Positions 14,011 to 25,850 are shown, numbered from the stretch's first letter. The stretch: DNA of 64,000 nucleotides from Lama guanicoe (GCA_013239625.1 MU054220.1:5626626-5690625); one strand, 5' to 3'. A program made the numbers and translations. Notes: generated by a model from the letters alone, not told the origin.

Positions 14011-14192
14011 TCTCTGTTTTTCTATCAAAACTGGCAAGCTGTTTGCTGCCTGTTGTACCTTCATTGTATTAAATTGCTGCTGCCATCATGACTCAGTAAA
14101 CAAGAAACTTAGGTAGCAGGATCTTGATGTAGAATGTGACTCTTGTGCTGCAAGTGGAAATAGTCCTAATCTTTCTGGGTGTCACATCTAAA

Positions 14193-14775
14193 GTAGTGGT
14201 TCTCAAAGTGTAGTCCAGGAATCCCTGGAATCTCCATGGCATGTTTGTTGTGTAAAAGTGGAACCACAAGATCAAAAAAATTTCATAATAATATTGAAAC
14301 ATGGTATTTTATTCTCATTCTCTCACATGTATAAAGATGAGTTTTCCAGAGGCAATATATGTTATTGCAGCAGAGTGAATGAAGAAGGAGATAAGAAAGT
14401 CTAGTTGGTTTTTATTAACCTAGACAATAAAGAGATATGCAAAAGTAAAAACAAAAAAACTTTTCTTACTAATTATACTTACTTTTGTTTTGGAATTTTT
14501 TCATAAATTATTATTTGCATTGAAATAGAATGAGTTTGTTATTATTTTAATATTTATTTAATATGAATTTATAAATAAATATTTTAAAATTTCCCCCAAA
14601 AAGAAGACAAGTGAAACTATTGATTAAAATTAGGTTTTTGTATCAAAAAAAATCCCAACTTTAATTTTTAATATCTTAAATATAGATATAATTCACACAA
14701 ATGAAAGTATCTGGGGGTTCTTAGTGAATTTTTAAGAATATAAAAGGGTCCTGAGGCCAGAAGTTTGAGAACTGT
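14193..14775 (+). mobile_element. hAT-Charlie non-autonomous DNA transposon (MER119-like)
   Basis: Inverted termini 'tagtggttctcaaag' and 'gtttgagaactg', a left flank 'atctaaag' resembling the Charlie target, and internal 'tttcataataata...ctcattctctcac..gagttttccagaggc'. Confidence 0.7.
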
Positions 14776-15669
14776 AAACATAAAAAATTACAACATGGAC
14801 ACAAGAGAACATGTATAATGTCTAACTTGAGGGAGGAACTTTACTAACAACTTAAAGAGTGATTAATATTTAATCTTCTATGTCTAAGAGCTAGTCAAGG
14901 GTATCTGATTAATCCAGGACATCTCTCTAGCCAGAGTGGAGTCTTGCAGAAGCAAATAATGTATGGTAGTGCCTAAATGACTATATTTATTTATATTTCC
15001 ACAAACTGCCTCAAGGAGGGTTTTAGAACACAGACTGGTAAACGATGTGCTGGAATTCTTTCTTTTTCGCTTATGTAATAGTGATTAAAACAAACAGGAA
15101 CAGATGCTGGGCACAAATCCTGGAAACAGTGAACACCCAAGCCTGATAATAACTTGAAACGTACACAGTGCCATCCAATAAGAGAAACGCTGAGGGCAAA
15201 TGGGAAAAGAATTGAATTGTGGTGTTTTACTGGAAGCAGGTTCCTCTCTCTTTCCTCCTTTTTCTCTCATTTCCTTGGAATTGTCAGGCTTTCTAAGATC
15301 CTGATTAACTAGCTCTCCACAAACTGTCCTTGTTACCCATGAACATAAACGTGACACAAATTGAGTACACTTGCTCCTTCTTGCTGGAATTAATCATTTC
15401 TTATTCTTTGAGACACATTATCCTATAGCATGTTTCCTGCATATTTCATATGCATTTTGTGTTTGTTTCTGCTTTTTCTGAGACATTTCTTGCATGGGCA
15501 GGCTCTCATACTTTCTTGTATAACCATTTCAGAGGCTTGGCTGGGAGTGCTTTCCCTTGAGATATATCTTGAGTTTGTAATTTCAGGGAATGGTACAGTC
15601 AGTTCTTGGTCAAGCAGATTAATGCATGCAGGATGGATGAGGTGGCTACCTGTAGCCTAAAGCAATGAT

Positions 15670-16160
15670 ATATTTGTTAGAAATTATAGTTGTAAGAGAC
15701 ATAAACACAACTGAAATTGCATTCAGCATTAAAGGGGATTTATTGGCTCACATATCTAGAAAGTCCACTGGCACATAAGCTTCAGCCAGGACTGGATCCA
15801 GGACTTAAATGATATTATCAGGGCACTCTCATTCCCTCCATCTTTCATACAGACTTTCTTACAAATAATAGGTAAGATGGCTCCAGATGCCTCAGATTCA
15901 CAACTTACTAGGTTAGTAACCCAGTGGAAAATGATAGTCTTTCACAGTAAATACTGCAGAGAATACCTATATAGGACTACTTTGCATGGGTTGATATATA
16001 TATATTCCTGAACCAATTAGGGTAAGGGATATTCTGATTGGCCAAGCCTGGATTTTGTACTCAGTCTGATGGAGTTCATCTCTATTCAAATATTAGAGAA
16101 TGAATCCCCTACAGGAAGTAGAGGGAACAAAAAAACAGGATGAATGCCAAATCAGTAAAA
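15670..16160 (-). mobile_element. Old ERVL/MaLR LTR (MLT1K/L-like)
   Basis: 'gttgtaagagacataaacacaactgaaattg...ggatttattggctcacatatctagaaagtcc' and 'attctgattggccaagcctgg'. Confidence 0.6.
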
Positions 16161-17349
16161 ATAACAGGTGTCCTTAACATATGGTCAAAGCAAAATATGG
16201 TATAAACATATGTGGTAATTAAACTTAATATTTAAAAACACATTTATAAAAAAGCCCCTACATTTACAGATCTTTAGTCAGACATATTCCAAAAATGTTA
16301 CAATGTCAGAAAAATAATTTAGGAATACAAAACATCAAATAAATGTATTGTAAAAAAGTATGGCAAAAGAGTATTATCTTTAAAATAGTATTTTTCTGAG
16401 TAAGGTGAATTTGCCTTCCATGTTTTAGAATGGGATGTGAATAGGGCAGAAATTCAGTCACTGTTGAACTAGCAGTCTCCCTCTTATTTCTCTTTTCCTA
16501 ACATCCTCACCCTTGCAGCCTTTACTCCTTGGTATTATTCACTATAACTGTATGGCATCTACTGCTCTTGTCCCTCTGGAAAGACCATTAGCAGAGGAAA
16601 TGACTCATCTAGGGTGGTTTTGCTTAGTTAGTTTTTCAGGACTCTATATGTTTGTCATCTTCTAGCAGGTTTACTTAGGCAGAGATGTCGGAGAGAAGGT
16701 GGAACTGTTCAATGCCTCTTGAAGACTGCCCTCAGAATTGCCACATCTTCACTTTATCATGTCTTATTGTCTAGCAAGCCACAAGCCCAACCCAGCTTTA
16801 AAAGACAAATAATACAGTCAAATTTTTTATAGGAGGAACTTCAAGTTCCTTTTGAAAGGGTGAAGATACACAGAGGGGTAGATAATTACCATACATTCCC
16901 CCAAATGGATGTCTTTCCCATGTGTTTTCTTCATGATGGTTTATGCTGATAAACTAGCTTTCAATTTTTATTTAAAGTGAATTATTGGAGGGACTTCTCA
17001 TTTCTGGTTCTGCATTTAAGTCGCCACACTGTCCTAATTAGAAGTAAAAAGCTGAACAGACTTAAAACTCAATACATCCTCTTGCATCCGTAAGAGAGAG
17101 GAGACTCAGGTAGCCAACTACTTCCAAGATTGGAAAGACAAACAAATACAGGGAGTCACAGTTTATCAGAGAACAGACACAAGCAGAAATGTCCATAGAA
17201 ATCACCATGGGACAGGAGGAAAGAATTAGGATTATTTTGCTATTATAAGGTTATAAAGCTTATTTGACAGGGGACTTGGATTTGTTGTGAAAGTATATTG
17301 CAAACTCCAGAGAAATCACTAAAAAAAAATAAAAACAGAAATACAACTT

Positions 17350-17509
17350 GGGGGGGGGAGGATATAGCTCTAGTGATAGAGTGCATGCCTAGCATGCACA
17401 AGGTCCTGGGTTCAATCCCAAGTATCTCCTCTAAAAATAAATAAATGAACCTAATTACCTCCTCCCCTGCAAAAAATAAAGCAAAAAAACTTCAAAAAGA
17501 AAAAAAAAG
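17350..17509 (+). mobile_element. vic-1-type tRNA(Ala)-derived camelid SINE nested in the L1
   Basis: 'ggggaggatatagctctagtgatagagtgcatgcctagcatgcacaaggtcctgggttcaatccc' carries pol III A and B boxes. It has an A-rich tail and a TSD-like aaatacaact / aagtacaact. Confidence 0.85.
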
Positions 17510-17639
17510 TACAACTGCTAAAAAGTACAAATGCTAAGAAAGGAGAGAAAATATAGTCATAAAATAATTAAAACCACAAAATGCAGAAAAGTAGTGGAAG
17601 ACAAAAGTAGAACCAACAAGAGCAACATATAGGAAACAG

Positions 17640-20600
17640 TAATGGATATGGTAGGTATTAATCCAACTATACAAACAATCACCCTGGATGCCAATGATCT
17701 AAATGCACAAATTAAAACAAAGGGATTGTCAGAGTGGATCAAGAAACAGGACCCAACTATATGTTGTCTACAAGAAACCCACTTTAAATATAAAAACATA
17801 TAGATTAAAAGTAAATGAATGGAGAAAAAATACCATACTAACACTAATCAAAAGCAAGTGGACGTACCATATCAATTTCAGACAGCAGACTTCAAAGTAA
17901 AGAAAGTTATCAAGTATAAAGAAGGGCTTTACATAATGGTAAAGTGGTCAGTCGTCCAAGAAGATACAATTTTTAATGTGTATGTACTTAACAACAAAAC
18001 ACCTAACTACATGAGGCAAAAACTGATAGAATTACAGAGGAAAATAGATGAATCTACTATCATAGTTGGGAACTTCAACACCCTTTTCTGGAAAATGGAC
18101 AGAGTTAGCAGGCAGAAAATCAGTGAGAACATAGTTGATCTCAACACCACAATCAAGCAACTGCATATAGTTTACATCTATTGAGTACCTCATCCAACAA
18201 CAGCAGAATGCATATTTTTCTCAGGTTCACACAAAACATTCATCAGAAGTGACCCTATTTGGAACCATAAAATACACTTAACAAATTAAAAAGAATAGAA
18301 ATCATACAATGTTTGCTTTCAGGCCATAGTAGAATTAAACTAAAAATTAATAATAGAAAGATAAATAGAAAATTCCAACATATGTGGAGTTGAACAACAC
18401 ATTTCTCAATAACACATGGGTCAAACAAGAAATCTCAAGAGAAATTAAAAAATATTTTGAATGAGATGGAAATGAAAACACACATCAAATTTTGTGAGAT
18501 ACAGCAAAAGCGGAACAGAGAGAAATTTATAGCATTGGATACATATATTAGAAAAGAGGAAAGATCCAAAAATCAACATTCTCAATTTTCACCTTAGAAA
18601 ACTAGAAAAAGAGGAGCAAATTAAATCCAAAGTAAGAAGAAGATACATAACAATAAGAATCAGAAGGAAAACAATGAAATTGAAAACAGGAAATCAAAGT
18701 CAGTGAACCCAAGAGCTAGTTCATTGAAAGGATCAACAGAATTGACAAGCTTCTAGCTATTCATCTAGAAAAAAAAGAAAACACAAATTACTAATACCAG
18801 GAAAAAAGAGGAGACATCATTATATATCCTATGGATATTAAAAAGATCTTAAAGGAACACTGTGAACATCTTTATGTCTACAAATTTGATAACCTAGAGG
18901 AAATGGACCAATTCCTTGAAATACCCAAGCCTCCAAAACTCACACAAGAAGAAACAGAATCTAAATAGGACTATATTTATTAAATAAATTAATTTAATTG
19001 ATAATTAATAACCATCCAAAACAGAAAGCACCAAGCCTAGTTTAGGTTCACTGGTGAATTCTACCAAACATTCAGGAAGAAATTATATCGATTCTCTACA
19101 GCCCCTTTCAGAGGCTAGAAGCAGAGGGGATACTTCCAAACTCATTCTGTGAAACCAGCATTAACTTAAAAACCAGACAAAAAATTTACAAAAGAGAGAA
19201 CTACAGACCAATTATTCTCATGAACATAAATGCAAGAATCCCCATCAAAATATTAGTAAATTGAATCCCACAGTGTACAAAAAGAATTATACACCACAAC
19301 CTAGGGATTTATACCAGGTATGCAAGGCTGGTTCAATATTTAAACATCAAATAAATAATCCATCACATCAATAGAATAAAAAAGAAAAATCACATGATTG
19401 TATCAATAGATGTAGAAAAGGCATCTGAGAAAATCCAATACCCATTTATGATAAAAACTCTCAGCAAACTACAAATAGAAAGGAACTTCCTTAAACAAGA
19501 TTGTACTGTGTAGCACAGGGAAATATATACAGGATCTTGTGGTAGCTCACAGCGAAAAAGAATGCAACAAGGAATATATGTATGTTCATGTATAACTGAA
19601 AAATTGTGCTCTACACTGGAAAGTGACATAACATTGTAAACTGGCTATAACGCAATTAAAAAAATAAAAATAAATTTTAAAAAGAGAAAGGAACTTCTTT
19701 AACTTGATAAAAAATATAAAGATCTATAGCTATTATTATACTTAATGGTGAGAAACAAAGTTTTCCTTCTAAGATCAGGTCCAAGGCAAGGTGTCATCTT
19801 TCACCAAGGCTTTCTAACACTGTACTGGAAGTTCTACCTTATACAATGAGATAAGAAAAGGAAACAAAACGTATATTAAAGGTACAATACCATTTATATT
19901 AGCAATCCAAATAAGGAAATATTTGTGTATAAATCTAAAAAAATGTACAAGATTTACATGAGGAAAATTACAAACTCTGATGAATGAAATCAAACAAGAG
20001 GGAAATAAATGGAGAGATATTCCATATTCATGAATAGGAAGACTAGTGTTGTCAAGATCTCAGTTCTTCCCAAATTGATCTATAGATTCAATACAATCTC
20101 AGTCAAAATCTAGAAAATTATTCTGTGGATATCAACAAGCTGATTCTAAATTTTATATGGAAAGGCCAAAGACCCAGAATAGTCAACACAATATTGAAGG
20201 GACAATACAAATTTGGAGGATGGGCACTATTCAATCTCAAATTTACTATAAACCTATAGTAATCAAGACAATGTGGTATTGTGGAAAGAACAGACAAATC
20301 AATCAATGGAACAAAATAGAGAACACTGAAATAGATACACATAAATGTGGTTCACTGGTCTTTGTCAAAGTAGCAAAGGGAATACAGTGGAGCAAAGTCT
20401 TCAGCAAATGATGCTGGAACAACTGGACATCTACATGCAAAAAATTGCATCTAGATATAGGCCTTAACACATTTCACAGAAATTAACTAAAGTGGATCAC
20501 AGACCTAAATGTAAAATGCAAAACTATAAACTAAATGATAACATAGGGGAAAACCTGGATTACCTTGGATATGGTGATGACTTTTTAGATACAAAAAAAC

Positions 20601-21330
20601 CAAAGACACAATCCATGAAGGAAATGTTTGGTAAGTTGAATTTCATTAAATCTTCTGCTCTGCCAAAGACAGTATCAAGAGAATGAGAAGACAAGTCAGA
20701 GACTGGGAGAGAATATTTACAAAAGACACATCTGATAAAGGACTGTTACCACAAATATACACAGAACTCTTAAAACTCAACAATAAGAAAACAAACAACC
20801 TGTTAAAAAAATAGGCCAAAGACTTTAACAGACACCCCATCAAAGGAGACATAGAGACACCCTATCAAAAATCATATGAAAAGATGTTTCACATCACATG
20901 TCGTCAGGGAAATGAAAATAGAAACAATGATAAGGCACCATTATACACCTATTAAAATGGCCAAATTCCATATCATGACCCATGACAACACCAAATGCTG
21001 TTGAGGATGTAGAGTAACAAGCACTCTCAAACATTGCTGGGGGAATGCAAAACACACATGCATTCATAGTAAGAATGCACAGCCACTTTGGAAGACATTT
21101 TGGAGGTCATATAAAACTAAACATAACTCTTACCATTCCATCTAGCAATCATGCTCCTTGGTATTCACCCACAGGAGTTGAAAACTTAGGTCCATGTGAA
21201 ATCCACACACGGATACTTATATAAGCTTTATTCATAATTTCCAGTATGTGGAAGCTACCAAGATGTCCTCCAGTAGGTAATGGATAAATAAACTGTGGTA
21301 CATGCAGACGATGGAATATTATTCAGTGCT
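17640..21330 (+). pseudogene. Decayed L1 ORF2 (endonuclease / reverse transcriptase), many stops and frameshifts
   Basis: EN motifs ICCLQETHF (~17759-17785) and IIVGNFNT (ORF 17819-18184), RT 'QGWFNI' at ~19323, and KTMWYCGKNRQINQWNKIE (ORF 20157-20411). Confidence 0.9.
19493..19684 (+). mobile_element. Young 5'-truncated L1 3' end nested in the L1MC ORF2
   Basis: 'actgtgtagcacagggaaatatatacag...gaatatatgtatgttcatgtataactgaa' plus an A tail. 16-bp TSD agaaaggaacttcctt (19477-19492) / agaaaggaacttcttt (19685-19700). Confidence 0.9.
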
Positions 21331-22349
21331 AAAAATAAAAGCTACCCAGCCATGAGAAACATGGAGGAAACTTACATGCATATTACTGAATGATAAAAGC
21401 CAGCTTGAAAAGGCTACATACTGTATGATTCCAAGTACATGTGATTCTTGAAAAGGCAAAACAGTGGTGACAGTGAAAAATCAGTGGTTGCCAGGATTGG
21501 GATGGGACAAGAGAAGCATTGAATAGGCAGAGCAAAGAGGATTTTTAGGGCAGTGAAAATACTCTGGTACTGTAATGATGGACACATGCCATTATACGTT
21601 TTCCAAACACAAAGAATGTAAAACATTAAGCATGAAACCTAAGGTAAACAACCATGGACTTTGGGTAATTATGATGCATCAAAGTACATTTATCCTTAGG
21701 AAAAAAAATGTATGATTCTGGTGAGTGATGTTGATAATAGGGGAGGGTATGCATATGGGAGGGTTGACGGTATCAGAAAAATCTTTCTATCTTCCTCTTA
21801 AATTTGTTTTAAACCTAAAACTGCTCTAAAAAATAAAAATCTTTATTTTTAAAAACTGCATTATTGCATTTGTGATTTTATCACAGTTACAAAAAAAATG
21901 AGTGGTGGGAAAAGAACTAGTTATTCAAGATTGATCACTTTTAATTATTTCATAACATAACCTTAAGAGAAAGAATCAATTATTCAATATTCAATCATTC
22001 ATTTGTAAGGAACTGATTTTCCATGGCTTGTTTTTATTGAATCCTTTCAAATATTTATAAAATTACTATGGCTGTTAAAGTCTAATCCTTTCTTCAGTCT
22101 GATTTCTTTGTGAAAACATATCTGTACTCTCTCTCTGAGTGGTAAGTTTCACCGAGCTATCATGACGGAACAATAGCTAATCCAGTGCAGCTGTTTGTCA
22201 TTTCAGTGCCCATTCCCTCTGGCTCACCAGGCACTGCTGGAAAAAGTAAAAATACCATGCAGATAGGTACCGATGGGAAATAATGGCCTCCGATCTCTTT
22301 TGCATCATCACTGTTACCAGGTGATCCTTCTTAGTTTCTTTAATCGCTC

Positions 22350-22620
22350 ATTTAATTGTAGTTTGCTGAGAGCTTACTCTCTGACAAGCACTCTGCTAGA
22401 ATGCTACTGGGAACACAGAAGTTAGTGAAAATAAACTTTCCTTTCATGGAGACTGTTGTCTAGTCTATTGAGTGAGTAACATATGAAACCAATCATCACA
22501 CAGATATATTTAGGGAAACAAGGGTGGCACAAATTATGAAGAAATGGTAGATAATATGATAACTTGTAAAAAGAGAACTTGTCATATGCATGGAAGTTAG
22601 GGAAGATTACCTCGGAGAAA
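22350..22620 (-). mobile_element. L2 3' fragment
   Basis: 'tttgctgagagcttactctctgacaagcactctgctag...ctttcatggagactgttgtctagt...gttagggaagattacc'. Confidence 0.6.
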
Positions 22621-22884
22621 CACTGCCTTTGTTTCCATTTTCCGTAGCGGTTATGTCAAACTTCTTCCTCTAATTTCCATCATCTCACTTAGACTTTGTA
22701 ATTTACAGACAAAACATGAAACATGGGAGGAAACTCTTTTAGCTATTTACTACAAACATGGGTTTGGTATATTCTCTTTTCTTCTTGTGATACTAGCAAA
22801 AAAGTCCTTTTTTATCTAAATCTAGTCCTGTCGAATTCCCTCACCCATCTCACATTTTTCTCAGGCTTGTTATCCTCTTCTCCT

Positions 22885-23435
22885 TTTTAAAAATTGAGTT
22901 TAATTGACATATAGTAAGTTGAGCATTTAAAGAGTACAATATGATGTTTTGACTGTGACGTTTTCACCACAATCAAGATAAAGAACATATCTATCACCTT
23001 CAATAGTTTTCCTTCGACTCCTTCATAACCTCTCCTCTTCTCCTCTCCCTGGGTTACACTTCCTCTGTGTTGATATCCCCAGGCAACCACTGATGTGCTT
23101 TCTATTACTTTAGGTTAGTTTACATTTTCTTGAATTGTATGTAAATTGAACCACAAACTGTGTGTTTAGTGCTGTTTCCTAGAATTCTTTGCTTAACCTA
23201 AGGTAACAAATATATTTTCTTATGTTCTTTACTAGAAGTTTTACAGTATTAGGTACTATGTTTAAGTCAATGATCCATTTGAGTTAATTTTTATATAAAT
23301 TAGAAGATACGGATAGAATTAATTTCTTTCTCTCTTTCCTTTTTTCTCTCTTTTCTTTCATATGGATAACCAATTGCTTCAGCACAGTTTGTTGAAAAGA
23401 CTAACCATTCTCCACTGAATTGCTTTTGCATTAAA
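22885..23435 (-). mobile_element. Old L1 (L1MD/ME-like) 3'UTR joined to an ORF2 fragment
   Basis: Antisense 3' end 'attgagtttaattgacata...caccacaatcaagata...ccccaggcaaccactgat' and ORF2 'tgatccatttgagttaatttt...ccattctccactgaattgctttt'. Confidence 0.8.
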
Positions 23436-23734
23436 TTTTGGACATGCTCAGTTTGTAAATGCCTGTATGATATCCAAGGGGTATGCCTAGTCAATAGTTG
23501 AGTTTTGACTTTGAAGAGAAAAGCAAGTACGTGCTTGGGAGACTTTATTATACAGATAGCAGTTGAATCTATGAGAACCAATGACGTAATCAAAGAGGAA
23601 TATATACAATGAGCAAAAGAAGAGGGAAGGAGAGAGTGAGGACAGAGAGGCAGGAGGGGAATTAAGAATTTCATTTTTTTTTAACTTGCAATTTATGTGT
23701 TACCGTGCAATGAATAAACTATTAGGATCTTTCT

Positions 23735-24480
23735 ATTTTTTAGCTAAACTTTTTATTTTGAGATAATTGTAGATTCACATGCAGTTATAAGTAACAATGT
23801 AGAGAGATCCCATGTACCTTTTATCCAGTTTCTACCAATGATAATATCTTGCAGTTTATAGTAAAATATCACAGCCAGGATATTGATCTTGACAGAGGCA
23901 AGATACAGAGTACTTCCATCACTGCAGAGATCCTTAGGTACTATGTTTAAGTCAATGATCCATTTGAGTTAATTTTTATATAAATTAGAAGATACGGATA
24001 GAATTAATTTCTATTCCCCACCCCAACTGTCCCTTTCCCCCTTTTATAGCCACACCTGCTTTTCCATCATTCCCATCTACTCCTCAATCCCTGGCAACCA
24101 CTGACCTGTTTGCATTTGTATAATGTTCACATTTAAAGAATTTTATATAAGTGGAATTAATTATACAGTATGTAACCTTTGGAATTGGATTTTTCCACTC
24201 AGTATAATTATATGGAGAATTACCCTGGTTGTCGCAGGTACCAATAGTTTCTCCATTTTTATTGCTAAATAATATTCCACGGTATGGATTTATCACAGTT
24301 TGTTTAACTGTTCACCCATAAAGTATGCATGGATTGTTTCCAGATTTGGGCAATTGCAAATAAAGCTGTTATAAACATTCATGTACAGGTTTTTGTATAA
24401 ACATAAATTTGTAGTTTTCTGGGATAACTGCCCAGGAGTGCAATTGCTGGGTCATACAGTAGCTGCATGTTTAATTTTTT
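23735..24480 (-). mobile_element. Old L1 (L1MC3/L1MD-like) 3' end, interrupted at 23934-24041
   Basis: 'ttttgagataattgtagattcacatgcagtt...agagagatcccatgtacc' through 'gcccaggagtgcaattgctgggtcata'. Confidence 0.85.
23934..24012 (+). repeat. Perfect 79-bp direct copy of 23249-23327
   Basis: Base-by-base comparison gives 79/79 identity (ttaggtactatg...gaattaatttct). Confidence 0.97.
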
Positions 24481-24639
24481 ACAAATAAAGAAATCTTGAT
24501 TTTTTATTTTTAAGAGAAGGGAAAAGATTCTAAGAATTAGAGGGTGATTATTATGATGGAAAAATACTCTCGCATATTTGTGCTATTTATAGTATATTGT
24601 TTATAGACAAGATACAATATAAGTTTAACTTTTATTAAT

Positions 24640-24955
24640 AACATTTGCCATCACTTAAATATAGACAGTCAATGAAACAATAAATCAAGCTCGGATTTGT
24701 AGCATTTGCTGGTCCCCATGATGTAAGTAGACCTGCTGTGGTCTATTTCAGACTATATCAGTTTGGTGTCATTGAAAGTGGAGTTGGGTAGAGATAAAAT
24801 GTAGGAGCACAGTATTTCCACCATACAGATGCAACAGACACAACCTCCTGTTTATGTAATTCTAAAATAATGGCTGTGCTTGACAAACCAACCTGCAAAG
24901 GTCCCAAAAATTCAGCAATCAGCTCACAAGAACTAGTATGAGTTGGCTTCAGAAA
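24640..24955 (-). mobile_element. MER63-like hAT-Blackjack DNA transposon fragment
   Basis: 'ataatggctgtgcttgacaaacc...aaaattcagcaatcagctcacaagaactagtatgagttggcttcag' resembles the reverse of the MER63 terminus. Confidence 0.6.
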
Positions 24956-25409
24956 AGTAATTAACTGTTTCTCTCCTCTTGAGCCTCACTAATTTTCTTC
25001 TATATTTTCTGTGTTCTAGTCCAATTACCTAAATACACTCGACTTAGCTTAGCTCTTAAAATGGTCTAGTTCTCTTCTCGAGGCAATAATTTCCCTGGAA
25101 ACTGTTCCTTTTAAAATATTACAATGTTTGTTTTTTTTCTTGATAATGTGACTAATACATATTCACTCTAGAAAATTTGGAAGTATGAAGAGGAGCATAA
25201 AAATCACCAATAATTTTATTAGTTCTATAATAATTTTTTTGCTTCTATAATAATAAAAAATTCCAAGTACATTGGAATTTTATTCTATGCCAGTCTTTGC
25301 TACAGCTACAGCTATTAAACAATAATTTAATCTTAGATCATTTCTTCCTCAGCCTGAAACTCCATTTCCCACATATTTCCTTCCAACAGTACTGAAATTA
25401 AATTTGCTA

Positions 25410-25850
25410 CAGCAACTTGCCTGTCTCTAGTGTTGGAATACTTAGTCTAAACAAGTTATGACAATCCTGTTCTCCATTTTACCAGTCTCCTTTGTTACTG
25501 GGAGTGGCCAAGTGACCTATATATCAGGCCAATGAATCAAGCAGGTAGTGAGGGAGATGTTATTCTGGGAAACCTTTTATTTTCCTGATAAAAGCTAGTT
25601 GATATATATAACATAACTGCAATTTCTCCATTTTCCTGTCTTAAACATGTGTGTCAGGAGCTGCCCCAGACACCTAAAATGGATAGGGTGACCAACATGA
25701 AAGAGAAGGCTAAGAGAATTTCAGAAATGCCAACCTTGACAGCTTTGAGCTACTAAAATGAAGCCAGAAGCTTCCTACCTCCAGAACTCTTTTTATGAGA
25801 GAAGGAAAAACCTTATATGTTTAATCCACTATTAATAAGGTATTCCGACC
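25410..25850 (+). mobile_element. Old MaLR LTR (MLT1K/L-like)
   Basis: 'gtggccaagtgacc...ggccaatga...ttctgggaaaccttttattttcctgataaaag...cctacctccagaact'. Confidence 0.55.

Larger units (their letters stand above)
16988..21852 (+). mobile_element. L1MC1/2-type LINE-1 retaining 5' and 3' ends, with internal deletions; non-functional
   Basis: Contains a 5'UTR-like start, inter-ORF sequence, a decayed ORF2 and an L1MC-like 3'UTR ending 'cctaaaactgctctaaaaaataaa'. Candidate TSD aaagtgaattattg (16974-16987) / aaactgcattattg (21853-21866), 12/14 identical. Confidence 0.9.

Noticed and set aside
17350..17430. tRNA-Ala-like gene
   Set aside because: The arms are mutated, and it is followed by a SINE body, A tail and TSD, so it is a SINE head.
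17703..20686. ORFs with endonuclease/RT similarity as an active or domesticated gene
   Set aside because: They are fragmented by stops and frameshifts. Catalytic motifs are altered (GDFN to GNFN) or deleted (FADD), and a nested insertion disrupts the RT region.
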